From Pseudogymnoascus verrucosus (taxonomy: Eukaryota): 64,000 bases of DNA. Both the position numbers and the translations under genes were made by a program. Below, in pieces: positions 23,675-36,000 of the stretch. The stretch lies in assembly GCA_001662655.1 (NCBI GenBank), contig KV460254.1; one strand, given 5' to 3'. How positions within the stretch are numbered: the stretch's first letter is position 1; each line of letters begins with the position of its first letter. The notes below the pieces were generated by a model that saw only the letters and a program-made list of their open reading frames with translations, did not search any database and was not told the DNA's origin.

Positions 23675-24357
23675 ATTGTTCGAGTTCGTAGTAGTTGACC
23701 GTGTGAGGAACTCGAGGGTCTGGTGGTGGTGAGGTGGGAGCGGAGGGAGGTGGGGTCAGAGGTTTCGATGTTCTCGCTCGTCGTGGTGGTTAGTCGCCAT
23801 GATAAAATCGTGAGATGTGGGCGCCAAGATTTCCGATGCCGCGACGCTAAACTGTTTTGGGGGTTGCGTTAAAGTTCGACCATCACCAAGATTTGGTGGG
23901 AGGGAAACTGTGGGAAAATCAACACTCAAATCATGAATTATTCACCAGCAATGGCGTTTTAGTTCTTTATTTCTTTTTGATGTATTAAATATATACAGTT
24001 GCATCTTATAATAACAATTTAATGCATTTCTGGCCAGTTCATCAAAATTTACCGCCTCGCACACCAATTTTCCCTTCCACACAAAGTAAATTTGAACACC
24101 ACCACAGCACATCACATCACAACACAGCACAGCGTATTTATTGTTTAACAGCACATTGTATTCATATCATCCTATTATATAAACCCTCCTGGATATCCCT
24201 TGGCTACCCATTCAAACAACTACCAAGAAAAAGGTATAAAAAAAGAAAAGCGGCGACTGATCAAGTCTTGAGTCCCAACTCCCTAGATACAAAAAAAACT
24301 CATTTATCCCCACCCAACCCAACGCCATCAAGACCGAGAAACCCAAACCCAGTAGAC

Positions 24358-26075
24358 TCAAGCAAACCGCGGAACCTGCCGCGGCAACCTCGGACTACTC
24401 GGCGGGCTCTCAATCCTATGCTCACTCGTGACCGCCATCCCCGGCGCTCCCTCCGAGAACCCAAACGTCGCCTGTCCCGGCCCCGGACTCGCCGGTTGAT
24501 ACGCCCCCGGAATAGGCACAGAAGCGTACTGCTGCTCCCCAGGAGCTACCGGTGCGTGACCCGCGTTCGTCTCCGCGAGCGGTTGCGGCGGGGTGAAGGC
24601 GCGGATAGATGGCGTCTTGGGGGACGCGGCGTGGATCTTGATCGGTGGTGCTTGGAGAGCGAAAGGCTTTGCGGGGGCGGCGAAGCCGGGGCGCGAGGCG
24701 TCGACGAAGCGGGTTCCTGGCGCGGATGCACCTTGGCCTTCTTCGGCGTCGGAGGCGGTGGCGGCGAAGGAGGAGGGGAAGCGGGGGGATTTCATGTGGG
24801 TGCTGTAGGAGGGGGAGAGGGGCCCGAAGCCGGGGGTGTTGGGGGCGGATTGGGTGCGTAGCTGAGCGAGGTAGAGGTCGGAGCGGGCTTTGTCGCGGTT
24901 GTCCATTGTCTTGCGGAGTTGGCGCTTGGAGTAGTAGCGGTAGAAGATTACGCCGTAGATGGCGATGGTGATGGTCTCGACGACGACTTCGATGACGCAG
25001 CAGATGACGGCCCAGGACTGGAGGATTGTTAGTTGGCTGGCTGTGGAGGGGAGTGGGAGGAGGGGCTTACTTGGATGCGACAGACTAGCTGGTAGTCGAT
25101 GTCGTCGTTGAAGGCTTGCCGGCGCTTGTTATCGACGCATGACCAGCCCCATATATCTTTTCCATTGCCATTATTCCGTGTACCTTGTAGGATGCCAGCC
25201 GCGACGGCCCACATAACGATGCTGAGCAGGAAGAAGCCGACTGCGAAAATAGTGTAATAGACAGCTGTCTTTTCCGCTCGCCGATGGCCGCCGCGGAAGT
25301 ATGCCCAGAAGACCATAACACAGAAGAAGAGAGAGACACAGGCAGTAGCGAGAACGACGTATTGGGGCCAGGTTTGCGTTCCACTAGCCCAGGGCGGGAG
25401 ATCGCTGCGTTTCGGGAGATTCTTGGTAGCTAGGAAGACGTGAACGGTGGTACCGACGAGAGCGAGGACGATGAGACTGCAGCCGAAGTTCACACCACGG
25501 AGGAGCAGCTTGACTGCACGCACGCGGACCTTTACTTTCTGTAGTTTTCATTAGCACGAGCCCGCATCAACGACTCTATCAGCCATAAACGTACCAAGTC
25601 CTTCGCCTGCTGCTTCTCAGTGACCTCTTCCTGCTTCTCCAAGACCTGTTCCTCTCTGAACGTCGGGCTCAATGGGTTCTCGAGCTTGCGCCCCGGGGTG
25701 CCGGGAACCTTCATGGCGCTCTTGAGACCGGGAGAGGCGGGGCCGACTTGGATCTCGACATGGCGCGTGGCCGTGTTGTCTGCGATATAGCCGAAGCCGA
25801 TATCAGAGGGTTTTGCTCCGGACATGATGGCTTCTGGGGGGTCGTCGAATGGCGATCGCCCTTTGCCGTCGATTGGGGAGTGGACTGCAGTCGCTTCTGC
25901 GAATCGCGGTGTCCTTGGGACTTGGAGGGCGGATTGTGAGGAGCTCGATGAGGACTCGGATGCCGTGCGTCCTCTTAGTTGCAGTGGGGTTGGTTTGTTG
26001 GCTGTGAGGTTTGTATTAGTATTGCGCGCCGCTGAGTAAGATGGCGAGTGATTATGGAATCTTACAAGAGCCCAT
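24358..26075 (-). CDS. MARVEL-like multi-pass membrane protein resembling hyphal anastomosis protein HAM-8, 4 exons (26066-26075, 25595-26001, 25071-25538, 24358-25017), ~514 aa
   Basis: Four hydrophobic segments; RTPRFAEAT, LKSAMKVPGTP and DIWGWSC motifs; three phase-consistent introns. The HAM-8 identity is from recall only. Confidence 0.75.
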
Positions 26076-28425
26076 CGCAGTAGGTTTGATATAAAAAAAA
26101 TATGAAAGAACAAGTGCCTTAAACAATACTTTTGACAAAGACACACCACCAAGTGGGGGGGGGGCAGTGCAGGTTGAAGTAAGATCGCAACGAGGTGAGA
26201 CTTTGGAAGGTTGGAGCGATGATGGGTAGAAGAAGGTAGATTTAGAAACGGAGAGGCCAGCTATCGGAGGAGAAGAAGGAGGAGTCTGTGGAGGTGGGAC
26301 GGAGAGGGTTTTGAGTAGGCGCGCGGTCAGAGGGATTGACGGGAGTGGAGATGCTGCATTCGCATGAGGTGCGGGAGCGCAGGGCGGGAGAAGGGATGAG
26401 AAGGGTCGTGAGGTGGGTGTGGGACTCTTTTACTCACGCTATGGGAGAATGGAAATAGAAACAAGGGAGCCCAGATCAGCGAATGCAGGCCTGGCTGTGG
26501 ATGGCGAGGCCTGTGATAGGACCAAGGGACCGCCGTGAAGATATTGGCCACGAGCTAGATGTAGACGCCGGGATGTGAGCGGTTCAAGGTCGCTGGCTGG
26601 GTGTGTGGGCGCAGTTTGAGGCCAACCGCCGGCCACAGGACTCGTCCTTGAGAGTGGTGTGTCGTTCGCGCTCGGGATAGCTTCGGCGCGGGGTTGTTTC
26701 TTCACACAAAGAATGGGACAATGCGCGAGTTCAACGTTCGTATAGCTTGTAGCAGCAACAAGACAGTAAGTAGAGCAGAACAGAGAGACAGAGAGATGGG
26801 GAACGTGAAGCCAAAAGCCTGTGATCAGCACACAGTGCAATGGACAAAGAAAAAAGGTGTCAGATGGCGTCCGGACGGATATACAGCCAGCCATTGGCGC
26901 CCTCCCTCTCCCACCATACATACCACCATGCACACCACCTACATGCATGCACCTCTCCTCCCTTCCCCTAGCCAGCCCAGGGCAAGACCTGTGCGAGTCA
27001 ACATCTCACAACGCACCTACCTGGCAGTCCCTGGTATATTGAATTTGGGGGTTGGGGTTGTCGTGCGGTGCGATGCGCGGATTGGGTTGTGCGGTAGTTG
27101 AGTACCTCCCCCCTCCCCTCCAATGGATCTGTGGCTCTTCGCGCCCATCTCCCCGCCGATCACCTCTCCGTCGCATCGGCGGCGGGAAGAAGCGTGACGG
27201 GGCGGCATGATTGGCCGGGTGTTTAGACAGGGCAGGGGTAAGGCGGTATGTTTGTACGGTGATGGCTGGGGAGGGCTGTGATGGCTTGTGAAGACCGTGC
27301 AGCGCGTCCTTGCGATGGCGCTTCCACCGCAGGGGAGGGGAGGGGTATGATTGGTTCGTGGGGTTGGGGGTGCATACCCGAGTTTGTTAGGGTGCGGCCA
27401 ATTGACGGCGGAAGGAGGGAGACGGAGGGATGAGGCAGGGACGCGGGCGGTTAGGGTGCGGTGTGGTCGGTGTGGTCGCATAGAGGAGAGTGGTGAGTGG
27501 TCGGCAGGAACGAGGGTTTTGCACTCAATTGTGTTGATGGGGATGGCTGCCAAGTACATGTGTATGCACGGAAACTGCTACTCTGCACTCCCACTCTAAG
27601 TATGGAAAGGCGAATATGAACTCGATAGTGCAGAATATAACGAGTTATCCCGTCGAGTGCCTGCATTCATTTCATTCCAGATGCTCCAGTCCAAATACCA
27701 AGAGCGATCGAGCACCATGTGGCATTCCAGTGAGAGGGATCGGAGACATACAGTACAGTACAGTAGTCCGATCACTTCATCACTTCCCAACGACCGAAAA
27801 GATGACAGAACACTCCCTTACTTCCCCCACCCCCCCTCGTCGGTGCTACTCCGCCGAATTGATGCCGTAATCCAGACTTCCCTCATCTGTAGAATGCCAG
27901 AACCCGACTCTCTCACTCCTGGCTATGTAGAAGGAAGGGCTGTCTCACACATCAACTGTATGAGTAAGACAGAAACAATGCTGTACGTACAACGCTGCAG
28001 CAGTATTACTGTACACAGCCACGGCACCTCATCATCCAGAACACACATATTTGATACGATACCCGCTCAGCCCAACACGATCCGGGAGTCTGGTTACACC
28101 CACGGGTCCTGGCTGTGCTGTCGTGCGATGGGATTGTGCGAACAGTTGGGGGGTATGCTGAGTTGTCAGTCAATCGGTCATACTTCAGCTGGGCTGAGGG
28201 GTGGGGGAAGGGGGGATATATTTGCATCAAACCCCGATAAGGGGGGGAAGATTACTATCATGACGTGGCTTGCTGATGAGAACTGAGGAAGGGGGGCGTG
28301 TAGGACAGTGATTGAGAGGTTTGGAGTAGGGTACAGACACTGTTCTCGGTCAGGTGTGTTTATAGAAACTAGAAATGATATTGGGTTCTTGATCACTTTG
28401 TAATTACAGTTCTACGAAGATTCAG

Positions 28426-30550
28426 AAAAATGAAGCTCGAAATATTGAGGATTTGTGTGGTGAGATATATCTGAGCTCGATGCGATTATTCTTGCGCAGA
28501 TTAGCGCTACTAGAGCTAAAAGTGCGCCGATTCCTAGAAAAATGAAGCTATTTACAAAATTAGGTGGTAAGAGATATATATATACAAGCTCGATTCTTGA
28601 TGTAGGCGATGGGGGGGGAGGGGTAATTGTTAGCGGTGTTGGCGATGTCGACGACGACGAAGAAAAATGAAGCTGAAGATATTCACAAATTAGGTGGTGA
28701 GATGTCTAGAGGCTCGATGCAGATGCTAAATTCTGGTTTTGCGCAAATTCAAGTAGACTAGTGCGAAAGTGCGCAGATTCTCAAAAAATGAAGGCATCTA
28801 CAGATTTGATGGGGGCGAGGGTTGGCGGTGTTGGCAGTGTCGACGACGACGATAAAAGTGAAGCTGAAGATATTTACAATTTGTGTGGTGAGATGTCTAG
28901 AGGCTCGATGCAGATGCCAAATTCTGATTTTGCGCAAAATTAAGTAAGCTAGTGTAAAAGTGCGCGGATTTGCAAAAAGTGAAGCTTATATAAGACATAT
29001 ATATCTACTGCGACTTAGGCGGTGATATATATCTAGGAGCTTGATGGGGCCGATGTGGGCGAGAGTGTTGGCGGTGTTTGACGACGACGACGACGACGAC
29101 AAAAGTGAAGCTGAGGATATTTACAATTTGTGTGGTGACAAGTCTAGAAGCTCGATGCAGATATCAAATTCTGATTTTGCGCAGATTAGCACTAGTTGCG
29201 CTAAAAGTGCGCAGATTCAGAAAAAGTGAAGCTATCCAATAATTATATGGCGAAGCTCGGTGCCGCCAGAGTAGGTGGGTAGGTAGGTGCCAACTTGGTG
29301 CCAACTTTTCATTAATAGACAAATTCTAGAAAATGAAGCTCATGATATCTAAGAATTAGGTGGTGATCTATTTAGAAGCTCGATGCGAGTGTCTATCTCT
29401 GATTTTGCGCAAATTCAAGTAGAGTAGTTTAAAAATGCGCAAATTCCTCAAAAAATGAGGGTATCTACAGATTTGATGGTCATATCAAGAAGCTAGATAC
29501 GGGCGGGGCGGGGGGGGGGGGGGGCTAATTTCTAGTTCCTACGCAACGTCAAGGAACTTGAAAGATGAAGCTCATGATATCCAAGAATTAGGTGGTGATC
29601 TATCCAGAAGCTCGATGCAGGTGCCTTTTTCTGATTTTGCGCAAATTCAAGTAGAGTAGTGTAAAAGTGCGCAAATCCCTATAAAAAAATGAAGGCATCT
29701 ACAGATTCTCGATATCAGCAGAGGGGGGCTAATTTATGACAAACTTCTCATATTTACTCAAATCGAGTAGAGCAATTCAAGGGTGATGAAAATGAAGCTT
29801 AGGATATTCAAAAATTAGGTGGTGATCTATCCAGAAGCTCGATGCGGGTGCCCTTTTCTGCTTTTGCGCAAATCCAAGTAAAATAATTTAAAAGTGCGCA
29901 AATTCCCCTAAAAATGAAGCTATCTACAGATTTGGCAGTGGTAGTATATCTAAAGCCTTGATACAGGCAGAGTAGGTGCCAATTTTCTGATTTCTAGGCA
30001 AAATCGTCAAGAAAATTCCAAAGGTGCATAGATTCAGAAAATGAAGCTCAAAATATCCATGAACTACGTGGTGGGCTCTCCAAACCCTCGATGCGCGTAC
30101 ATGCGCGCTGAATCGCGCTACTTATTCTAAAAGTGCGCAAATTCCCCAAAATATGAAGCTATCTACAAATTTAGTAGTGGTATATCTAGAACCTCGATAC
30201 AGGTGGGTGAGTGCCAATTTTCTGATTTCTAGGCAAAATCGGGAAGAATAATTCAAAAGTGCATGAACTCCCAAAAAATGAAGCTCAATATATCGAAGAA
30301 TTGGGTGGTGATGGATCCAAACCCTCGATGCGCGCAATCTGGCGCAAAATCGCGCAGATTATTCTAAATGTGCGCAAATTCCCAGAAATGAAGCGGTGGT
30401 GATGGGGACAGTGATTATTGTAGGAGGTGCGGGTACCAGGAGCGTGTCTGAGGCTTACTGGCTTAGATCCTGAGGCGGAAACAGGTTTCTGCACAGAAAT
30501 GGAGAGATGGGGAATGTGTGCACAAAGCGCCGCTGGCAAAAATGAAGCTA
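28426..30550. repeat. Higher-order tandem repeat array: nine dimers of a conserved 110-124 bp A monomer and a divergent 70-154 bp B monomer
   Basis: TGAAG anchors (TGAGG at 29456) at 28431, 28543, 28668, 28789, 28859, 28980, 29106, 29227, 29334, 29456, 29566, 29690, 29793, 29915, 30042, 30154, 30279, 30389 and 30543; CTCGATGC is present in all nine A units. Confidence 0.93.
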
Positions 30551-30802
30551 GACACTGAGAGGGGTGGTGATGTTTACAGTGACTGTGATCGATTCCTACC
30601 ATCAGAGCCACTCAAATCACATGTCTACCCCCGCCTCACAAACCACCACCACCACGTAATCCACAACAGATGTTGAACCATTTCCATTCATGCTACACTT
30701 AATTATCTAAGTCCAGCAAGGTATCTCTCCCTGCGCTTTTACGCCCCCCCTCTTTCCATCCCCAGACTACCTACCCCTTTTAGGTATCCCATCCACCCAC
30801 AT

Positions 30803-32754
30803 CTAGTGGTGGAACAGGCGGATGCTCTGCTCGACAAACGTAATGCCCAGCTTCTCCGCCGTCTCCATGACGGCGCTGTCGTTCTGGCTTCCAGTCGGTG
30901 CGGCGATGTACGAGACTCCCGAGCGGCTGGCGCGGAAGACGTTGTCGATGAATGGGAACTATCCACTATGATTAGCCAAAAGAACACCTCAAATCATCGT
31001 ACAGCAGAACTCACAAATGCATCACTGGAGCACGCAACGCCCTTAAGCTTGCCCAACCACTCCCTCCTCTCCTCATCGGTAAACTCCTTCGGCACCTCCT
31101 CGAACATCGCCTCGTAGAGCTCCCTCTCGGCGCCCTCCTTGGGCAGCTCCCCGCTCACGAGCAGGTCGATAGCATTGCTCTTGTCAGCGCGCTTGGAGCC
31201 CTTCTTCCACTTGATCTCCAGCACACGGGGGCTGAAACGCAACCACCAGTTGTCCGCCTTGTCACCAGCGAGACGCGTGCAGTGGATGCGACTCTGTTGA
31301 CCGGCACCGAGACCGACGACCTGACCGTTAAGCGCGTAGCACACGGAGTTGGACTGAGTGTACTTGAGCGCGATGGTAGCGACGGTAAGATCACGGAGCG
31401 CGGAGTCCGAGAGCGCAGCGCCCTCCTTGGGGGTGATGATGGAGGAGAAGGAAGCGGGGGAGATGACGACGTCGTTGCGGTGCTGGGCCATGGTGATACC
31501 GTAGACGGTGCGGGTCTCTTGGGGGTTAGGCACGTACTCCGGGTCGATCTGGAGGACGAGGTAGCGGCCGCCCTTCTTCTTCTTGAGGATCTCGAGGGCG
31601 GCGTCCTCGTAGCCTGGGGCAATCACTCCGTCGGAAACTTCGCGGGAGATGATCTTGGCGGTGGGAACGTCGACGATGTCGCTGAGGGCGATCATGTCGC
31701 CGAAGGAGGACATGCGGTCGGCGCCGCGGGCGCGGGCGTAGGCTTGGGCGAGGGGAGAGTTCTCGAGGCCCTCAATGTCGTCGACGAAGTAGACCTTGCG
31801 CTCCTCGGCAGTGAGGGGGACGGCGATGGCGGCTCCGGCGGGGGAGACGTGCTTGAAGCTTGCGGCGGCGGGGTGGCCAAGAGCCTCCTTGAGCTCCTTG
31901 ACCAGAGGCCAGGCGTTCAGGGCATCAAGGAGGTTGATGTAACCTGGGGCGCCGCAGAGGACCTTGAATGGGAGCTGGCCCTCCTTGACGTATGCAGCGG
32001 CGGGCTTCTGGTGGGGGTTGGCGCCGTAGCGGAGAGCGAGCTGCTGGACGCCGTTGGCGGCGTATTGCTTGCGGAAGAAGTCCGATATCGCAGCGTCATA
32101 GTCGGCAGTGTGGCCGAATGCCTTGAGGGCGTACATCTGTCTGCTCTGCTCCTTGATCTCGCCCTTCTCGAGCTCCTCGAGGAAGGAGGGGTAGTCAGAT
32201 GGGTCGCTGAGGATGGTGACGCGGGTGTGGTTCTTGGCGGCGGCGCGGATGAGAGTTACACCTCCGATATCGATCTCCTCGACGGCTTCGGGGACGGTGA
32301 CGTTGATCTTGGCGACGGTGTCCTTGAAGGGGTAGAGGTTGCAGATGACATAGTCGACCTTGTTGATGTTCTGGTCGGCAAGGTCCTTCTCGTCGGAGGC
32401 AAGGTCGCGAGCCAGGATACCGGCGTGGACAGCTGGGTGCAGCGTCTTGACGCGGCCAGCGAGCATCTCGGGTGCGTGCGTAATGGCCGACACATCTCTG
32501 TTACCATTTTGTCAGCTTGGGTTGTCTCATAGACGGCGGGGGAAGAGCTCTTACTCAACTGCGAAGCCAGACTCTCTGATCATCTTGGCCGTTCCGCCAG
32601 ACGCCAGAAGACGAACATTCTGCTTGATCAATCCCTTGGCCAAGTCAAGAAGACCCGTCTTGTCGTAGACGGAGATAATCGCTATGTCTTTACGTCAGTA
32701 TTATAGAGCAACGGCAATATATAACTTTCGATCAACTTTACCTGTCTTTCCCAT
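30803..32754 (-). CDS. ADE17: Bifunctional AICAR transformylase/IMP cyclohydrolase (PurH), 4 exons (32742-32754, 32555-32681, 31015-32497, 30803-30958), ~592 aa
   Basis: [59 protein letters not shown] and C-terminal RLFHH motifs. Confidence 0.96.
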
Positions 32755-33045
32755 TTTGAGATGATAGATCCACCACTGTCAACTAAATGGCGTAGTAGTA
32801 TTTATATTGGTAAATGGCAACCTTAATTACTGGATTGTCATTCACAAACGGTATCTCCTCATGGAAAAATCGACGGAGGGGTACAATCATCGGCATGGTG
32901 GGGTGTAACATTTTTTGTGGGGGCCCCAGCTGTTTCCCGCCTACCTGTGTGTGTGCTGTCTGTTTTCCGTTTTACGGCCTGAAGATTAAGGATTCCGATA
33001 GGGAAACCCGTAAGGCAACACAAACATCACAAACGCAGAGATGAA

Positions 33046-33056
33046 TCACGTGACTC
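33046..33056. promoter_or_regulatory. Overlapping E-box (TCACGTGA) and TGACTC (Gcn4/CpcA/Bas1-type) site upstream of ADE17
   Basis: TCACGTGACTC lies ~290 bp upstream of the ADE17 ATG; TGACTC is the known Bas1/Gcn4 core in yeast ADE promoters. Confidence 0.45.
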
Positions 33057-33189
33057 GTTCGGTAGCGGCATCGGACCTTGCCGAGCGAGCAAGCGGGAGG
33101 CAGTATAAATCTTTTTTCTCGCGCGATTCCTTTTCCCTTTTCTTTTCTTTCCATAATAAAACAACGCAAAACCAACTTTCTCATTAAAA

Positions 33190-33347
33190 GCGTTCCTGTG
33201 AGAAGCCCGCTGTCCTCGTGGCAGTGTGTGGCTCTATGAAACATGGAAATCGTCAAGTAGAAAGGAGAATTGACATCGTTCGCGGTCGGTCCTGGGTGAG
33301 GCGCTTCGCAAACTGTGCGGAGGGTCTCAAAGACTGGCTGTACATAC
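33190..33347 (+). ncRNA. Candidate box H/ACA snoRNA
   Basis: Two hairpins with internal loops; the 3' hairpin is immediately followed by ACA (33342-33344); ANANNA-type AAAGGA at 33261; upstream TATAAA (33104) and pyrimidine tract; no ORF. Confidence 0.6.
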
Positions 33348-34654
33348 CTTTTGTACATGCACTTTATGGCAGATTGGGGGCAAAATTTGTTAGCTAGCAA
33401 GCATATCTGGACATCCTGGCATAGCTGGCAGGGTGTTCCGTAGACTGAATTGCGTATGCGCGTGCGTGATATTGTGACCTACTGGAACGATAACTTGAGC
33501 GCTTTGGCGATCAATTTGTAATTTTCAAGGAGCACCACATCATGTGTGTGCATTGATTGCCACGCAAGCAAGCCGCCGGAAGTCGTGACCACTTGGCGCC
33601 GATGGGCCTGTTGGCTATGAGGCCCTGGCGAAGCGCTCAAGCGTTCCTTCTCTCTTCCGCGAATAAAGAATATCGCACGTATCTCTATTTGGCTCGACGC
33701 ATCTATTGCAATTTCAATCATTTCGATTGTCAGCCAAGAAGTGGTGGCGTATTCATTCCTCACTACCGCTAATTTACACATGTTCTTCCCGTCCGTCCAA
33801 GCATATGGTCTAGGATCCCTGGTCGCTGAGATAAACATCTCTACCCCTGACTAACCCTGAGTAAGACCGCTAAATAGTAACAAAAGACGTGCGGTGATTG
33901 GGCAATCTGCGCAAATGTGTGGCTAAATGGCGATATGCAAGCAGCAGATGGCGATGTTTAGATAGGCTGATTTTGTTTCGGAATAATATCCAGGTTAGGA
34001 CGGGTGCTCTACGGTCCTGTGGTGAAACCGTTTGCCGTTGATCGTCTAGACTTACTAGCCTAGCTTGGTGGATAAGAGATTATGACCTTCACCGTCCTAG
34101 TCGTGATAGGGTGGCCAAACAGTAAATCATAGTCTCAGGGCCAGAAAGGGGAACAGCGGGATGGTTAATAATAGGGACTTCTTGGAGGGCCCTTGGAGAC
34201 ATTTTTGAGCGTTAATTTTGATGTGGAACTGCGATAAGTGGAATACAGCGATCTCAATCCCCAGCTTGGTGTTGCAACACCGGTAGTTGGTTGGCTGCCG
34301 TGCAATCATAAATGTACATCGATGGCGACTTGAACTGGGATGGACGACATCTTAATTTCCCAAGTGGGCCATAGTAGATTTGACCGAATATCTATGAGAT
34401 TTGCAGGACAATCCTCTCTTGTTCTGCGATAGCGGGCCGTGATGTTTAGGACGGGATTGTGGCGCTGCTGGGCACCACTGTGGTATATATGAGTATCTGA
34501 GGTTCCAGTTTCGTTCTTTTCTCTCCATCCACGATCAACTTACACTCTTTTGTACCCAGCTATCTATCAATTCACTCACTTCAACTTCCACCTTTTTTCA
34601 AACTATACCAAACTTTTTCACCAAAACCAACCCTCACAAACCAAAACCGTCAAC

Positions 34655-35077
34655 ATGCAATTCTCCGCTGCCGCCATCTTCGCCGTCCTGGCTTCCGTCG
34701 CTGCCGCCCAGCAGGTGTAAGTAGCCATTGCAACCGCAACAATCACTATGAGAAAATCAGATTCTAATTTGAACTCTTAGCACCGTCACCGTCTACGAGT
34801 GCGAGACCTCCGCTGCCCCAGTTGTCCCAGTCCCAACTGCCCCGACCTACGTCAGCCAGCTTCCTCCTTCCCCAACTGCCCCAGCCGGCACTGCCGTTGG
34901 ATCTACTGGTGTTTCCACCGGCCCGCAGCCAACTGGTTCCCCCATCTACGAGGGTGCCGCCAGCATCAACGGTGCTTCCGCTCTGGGCATGATCATTGCC
35001 GGAGGTGTTGCTCTCGTAAGTATCGCCGCATCAATATGAAAAGAGAAGCAGCAGCTAACAAGTTCCAGCTTATCTAA
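34655..35077 (+). CDS. Small secreted Pro/Thr/Ser-rich, probably GPI-anchored cell-wall protein, 3 exons (34655-34716, 34781-35015, 35069-35077), 101 aa
   Basis: Signal peptide MQFSAAAIFAVLASVAAA; C-terminal YEGAA..NGASALGMIIAGGVALLI hydrophobic tail; CAACATG start context, TATATA at ~34484, two GTAAGT introns; frame missed by the ORF track. Confidence 0.85.
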
Positions 35078-36000
35078 ATGTCTCATTTGGATATCTCAAC
35101 CCTTCGTCCATAGACTTCCCGGATTCAGCGTGGCGTTATAATACATAATAGACTCACGACATTCACTTCTTGACCATAATGATACCCTTCGTGGCGCTTG
35201 CCAAGTGCAGTGGTTGTAGTGCTTGCTGGTTTAACAGATTTATAGACGGGGTCTTGTGAAAGCTTGCCCCTGGTATGTACTTTCGATAAATACAGACAAT
35301 GGAAATGATTAAGCTGTAAAACACTGAAGAACCAATGACGTGAAGAAAGTGAATTTGTCTTAACTGGAAACTCTGGGGTATCAGAGTGAATCTTATCTAT
35401 GCTTCGTGGGGTAAAGGTGAATTTGTCGTCATACTTCATAGTGCCAGGATAGATTATAATAGACATCAATACCTTGCTTGCCTGTTATAGATAAAGACTA
35501 TAGATTCTGTAGACTAATTGAGCATGATATGACGAAAAACGTGGGGATCAGGATGGAGAATGTCTATTTCTGTGCAATCGCCATGCTGTTGACACATTGT
35601 TGTGGTTCTGTTTGCGTAGCAACGCGGTAGCCCGACAATATTTGCCTGATATGCATGGCAACATGCAATTTACCGCATCAGGTCACGTGCCTAATTATAA
35701 GGAGTTACCCAATACGTAGCCAAGTACGTTTCTTGGGAAGCTTGCCTGAATTCAATCTCCATCACAACGCGTTACTCCTACAACCTTTTCTGTATCTCCT
35801 TCCTTCCTTCTTTACTCTTCTTACGAATCGCGAAGTCGAAACTTCGCCACGAACATTCCCTCATTATACGGCTTTAATACTGCTCCGAGAGCTGTACCAA
35901 CACAAATACCCTATTACGTGTCAGCACCCTGACACCCTTATTCCGGAGTTGAGGACAGGCCTTGCCAACTGCGCGCCATCAGCGCAAGCCCATAATAAAG

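Noticed and set aside
28761..29229. Two short ORFs sharing DDDDKSEAEDIYNLCG
   Set aside because: By-products of the DNA repeat; most monomer lengths (121, 122 bp) are not multiples of three and frames are interrupted by stops
28426..30550. Repeat-plus-variable-spacer layout resembling a CRISPR array
   Set aside because: Eukaryotic context, ~120-bp degenerate repeats, spacers that are themselves decayed repeat copies, and no cas genes
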